Source: Anthoceros angustus (taxonomy: Eukaryota > Plantae > Anthocerotophyta). Taken from it: a stretch of 64,000 nt of DNA. This document shows positions 60,799 to 64,000 of the stretch, one piece after another. The DNA is taken from the NCBI GenBank assembly GCA_010909165.1, contig VJWM01000282.1, forward strand, positions 62,001 to 126,000, read 5' to 3'. Position 1 is the first letter of the stretch. Every line of letters begins with the position of its first letter. A program made the position numbers and the translations under genes. Under the pieces are notes generated by a model, which saw only the letters and a list, made by a program, of their open reading frames with translations, searched no databases and was not told where the DNA came from.

Positions 60799-63700
60799 TG
60801 TGGGAGGGAAAACCCGGGGCTTCAAGGCTTCCCCTCTAGCGCCACACTTATCCTAATCGCCGCTCAGACGTTGGGTTTCATTCCCATGAGACGTGTGAAA
60901 GTTCGAGGTCTTGTGATAACCGATCGCCACACGCAGACACACTTCTCACCTTCTAACAAGCAAGGCGCCTCTACTCTCCTCTACAGCACTGCACCACTTG
61001 ACGCCTCAAAATCACCAATCCTCGACCTACAACGACACACAATTGCAGTGTCCCGCCTTAGCAATGAGGAGCCTATCACGGCGCCTGTGGACCCCACCAC
61101 ACCGCACCTCGTCCCTACTTCTAAGACCACTCTTCCACCTGTGGAGCGCCTTTACTTGCAGATTTGGGATTCCCTTAGGCTCGCCTGTGGCCTTCCACTA
61201 ACACCTACACTCTAATCCTCTACTCATCTTCTCATCCTCTTCCTCCTATTCTAACCTCGATTCGGGCTTCTTGGCTTCGGCTCGCCCTTCGCTGGCTGCA
61301 CAGGTCGGCCTCCACCAGCAAGTTCTTCCTTGGGCGGTTGCTATGAGTTTGACACAGACGTGAACCTCCGGTCTTTCACGTAGTCTACCCTCAAGCCGAG
61401 TTCACAGGCATTGCCACACACCCAAAGCAATTTCACGGCAACCATTCACAAGCAACTCGTTTAGGCACTTGCGGTGAGCAAGTCCTCCACCAACACTCAG
61501 GCCATGACTTCCTCTCTACGACTGCGTTGGCTCACGGTACGAAATTCCTTTACAAGCAAAGGACTCGGTATGGGCGCAAGGCGTGATACTTTGTGAAATC
61601 CTCCTCCTCTTATAGGAGGCCTTCCCTCAACCTCCCTTGGGTGACCCTCTGCGGTCACCTTTTCCAATATTCTATTATTTCCTACATGACATTTAATAGG
61701 CTCTAAGTCTCTTGTATGATCCTTGGTAAATTCTATTCTAGTAACTTCACCTAATCATCCTTAAGGATGTCTCTACACCACCTATCCTTCCGTTCCCCAA
61801 AGCTCATTTATGGTCATTGACCATTCTTAGTCCTTATCTTCTTTGGGGTGGTGACAGCGTGCCTTGATTGGCTCCCTCGCCCTCCTTTTGCTCTGTCCCT
61901 TCCCGGATCTTGTCGTCTTCCTATGTGGGGCAAGTACAATCTGCCCCTTCCTCCACTCCAGCGCCCTCTCATCATTGGCAATCGCCCCCCCCTCGCGCTG
62001 GCGCCCTTTTCTCCTTCCGCGCTGGTCGCGCCATCACCCCGCGGTAGTGGCGGACTACGGGGTGACGACTACCATGGTGATGCGTACCTATCTCCTTCTT
62101 CTCCTTCCTCCTCGGTGATGGCTCCACGGGTTGAGATCCTTTTGCTCCTTTCCTTGTTTGGTTTGTCCATACCTATCATGGAGCATGTCTTCAAAGATCT
62201 TCTCCCATTCGACCGATGTTGTACTAACTCCTGGGCCTTCTTGCGTTGGTCTCCTCTCTCACTCCTCCCTTATCGTGGGGTGAGAACTTCTCACCCTCCC
62301 CTTCCTCGTCTGGGACCCCGTCCTTGTCTCCGGTGGGGTTGTCTCTCACCACCTCCTCCTCCGGGTGTCCTGGACCCCTCCTTCATCCTCGGCCGCCTCG
62401 GGGCGGCTCCTCCCAGCTCGCGGCACCTACCTACCAGTCTGGACTACGGCGTGGGGTGGACTACTGATGATCGGGACTCGTGGTAGGGTGACCCCAGGCG
62501 GTGGGTCCCCCTCCTTGCTCTCACGCCATCTTCCTCTTGGCGCTTGCGCTCTCCTCATCTCCTCCTCAGTTCCTCGGAGTCCATGTGATGGCCTCATCAA
62601 AATCGGGGCCTCACTGCACTGCTGACTCCTTCTGTCATCATCATGAGGACCCAATGTCCTCCTCTTGGCCAAGCCAATCTCATTGTTGGCCTTCAAAATT
62701 CTATTGTGGAGTGGGCCCCTATGTAATCTGCATTTGGAGATCATCAATCTCAGTGGGCCACTCTCCATCCTCACACCTACCCTTGTAGGCGTCCCTTGAG
62801 GTGGTCAACCTCCCACCTTGACATGGAGGTCACATTCTCCTCCTTGCTTCCTCATGGTTGGCCAATTTGCTTGAAGGGCATAATCCGCCAAAATCTTCTC
62901 TTCTCACCACCAGCATTCATGCACCACTTCTTGTGGTACTCCTCCTCTGGACCTCCTTCCTCCCGGTCCAAGTTGTTGGGCAAGCCCTCCTTTTGCACAG
63001 CCCTTCTCGCTCCGGCTCCAATTCTTTGGTCTTGAGTTTGCTCGGCGCTTCTCTCCAAATTATCGGGTTTTCTCAATTCCTCATGTCCGGATTTTGATGG
63101 CTTGGGTGGCCATCACACACTCTTCGTCCATTTGTTGGACCGCTACCTTCTCCCTTCCCAAAGCCTCCATTTTGCCCTTCCGCTCTTGCTCCAATTGGGC
63201 AAAATGTTCCTCCGCCTTCTGTTTCCACGAATCTTGTTGGGTTGTTGCCCGAATGGCTCTCTCCTCGGTTTGTGACAACCTCCCCTCTAGGACCTTCTAC
63301 GCTCTCCGCTGGTCCACAAGATCCCGCTGGAGTTTCTCCACAGCCTTCTCCAACTTGGCTGGCTTCTCATCGGACTCCATGGCCTCCAGCTGCCACTTGG
63401 TCCCTGCCCTCCTTTCGGTCATCTCTTGGGCCTTGACTTCCTCCTGACATGCCCACAAAGAGGCTGCTAGTTCCCTAGCCCCCTTCAAATCCAGTGCTTC
63501 ACAAGCACTTCGGCAATCTCTAGGGCCCAAATTTTGCCCTATGGCTTCTTCTTTGAAATCTTGGGCTCCCTTGCGCCCGGGCCGCCATGCAGTGGGGTCC
63601 CCTCACGTCGCCCCATCCGCTCTCCCCAGTAGCGGAGATGGCGGCTGGGCGCCTTGGCGCCTCATGTTTCTCCTTCCCCTTCTGGCGTAGGGCTGCTCTG

Positions 63701-64000
63701 GCGTGGGTGCCTGAGTGGTAGGCTGCTCCCCTGATGGTCAGCCTACCTACCATGGTGGTGGCCTGATGCTGCACTTGGGTGGGCGCCTCTCTGGGTAGGG
63801 CATAGGCCTCTTCCTAGGCACCACGAGATGGTGGGGACTCCACCACGGGGCATCACCCTCTGTGGTCCCCTCTCATAGACCACCACGGCCCTCCTGGCCG
63901 GATCTTGTTCCTCTTCTTCTCCTCGTTGCTCTTGGGAAGGAAAGATTTCCCATTAAGCAACCTGTTGCCTCACTCCTCACTTGCCTGTGCGCTTGTAGTC
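60799..64000 (-). mobile_element. Giant LTR-like element, copy 3 (diverged subfamily, runs off the window)
   Basis: Starts TGTGGGAGGGAAAACCCGGGG and is colinear with 20233-23380. Left flank differs (ATGTC). Confidence 0.88.

Overview
Eukaryotic, plant-like heterochromatin made almost entirely of nested transposable elements. I found no host gene, RNA gene or CRISPR array. Left to right: (1) two different Sola-like DDD transposase genes (1-12.5 kb), the first with a divergent, probably spliced partner gene; (2) the 3' end of Copia A, whose LTR appears to end in AG..CT; (3) a third transposase fragment between 75-bp direct repeats, and a GC-rich segment coding for a coiled coil; (4) host Copia B (minus strand, gag at 60.3 kb, RT at about 27.7 kb). 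Copia B is interrupted by a 24-kb CACTA-type element with CCCTA termini and a TGA TSD (35510-59537), by a short-LTR element, and by copies of a 4.8-5.0 kb TGTGG..CCACA element with a 5-bp TSD. An 8.2-kb part of Copia B is tandemly duplicated. The CCCTA element itself contains a full-length Copia C, a Gypsy integrase fragment, an internal duplication and a palindromic fold-back element. The most interesting object is the 5-kb TG..CA element. It has no LTR pair, PBS or gag/pol, so it looks like a giant solo LTR, yet it carries an ORF whose copies differ mainly at synonymous sites in the block compared by hand. Caveat: most differences between duplicated copies fall on CAG/CTG. This looks like methylation-induced long-read basecalling error, so many apparent frameshifts may be artefacts. 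Family names come from motif recognition only; no database search was run.
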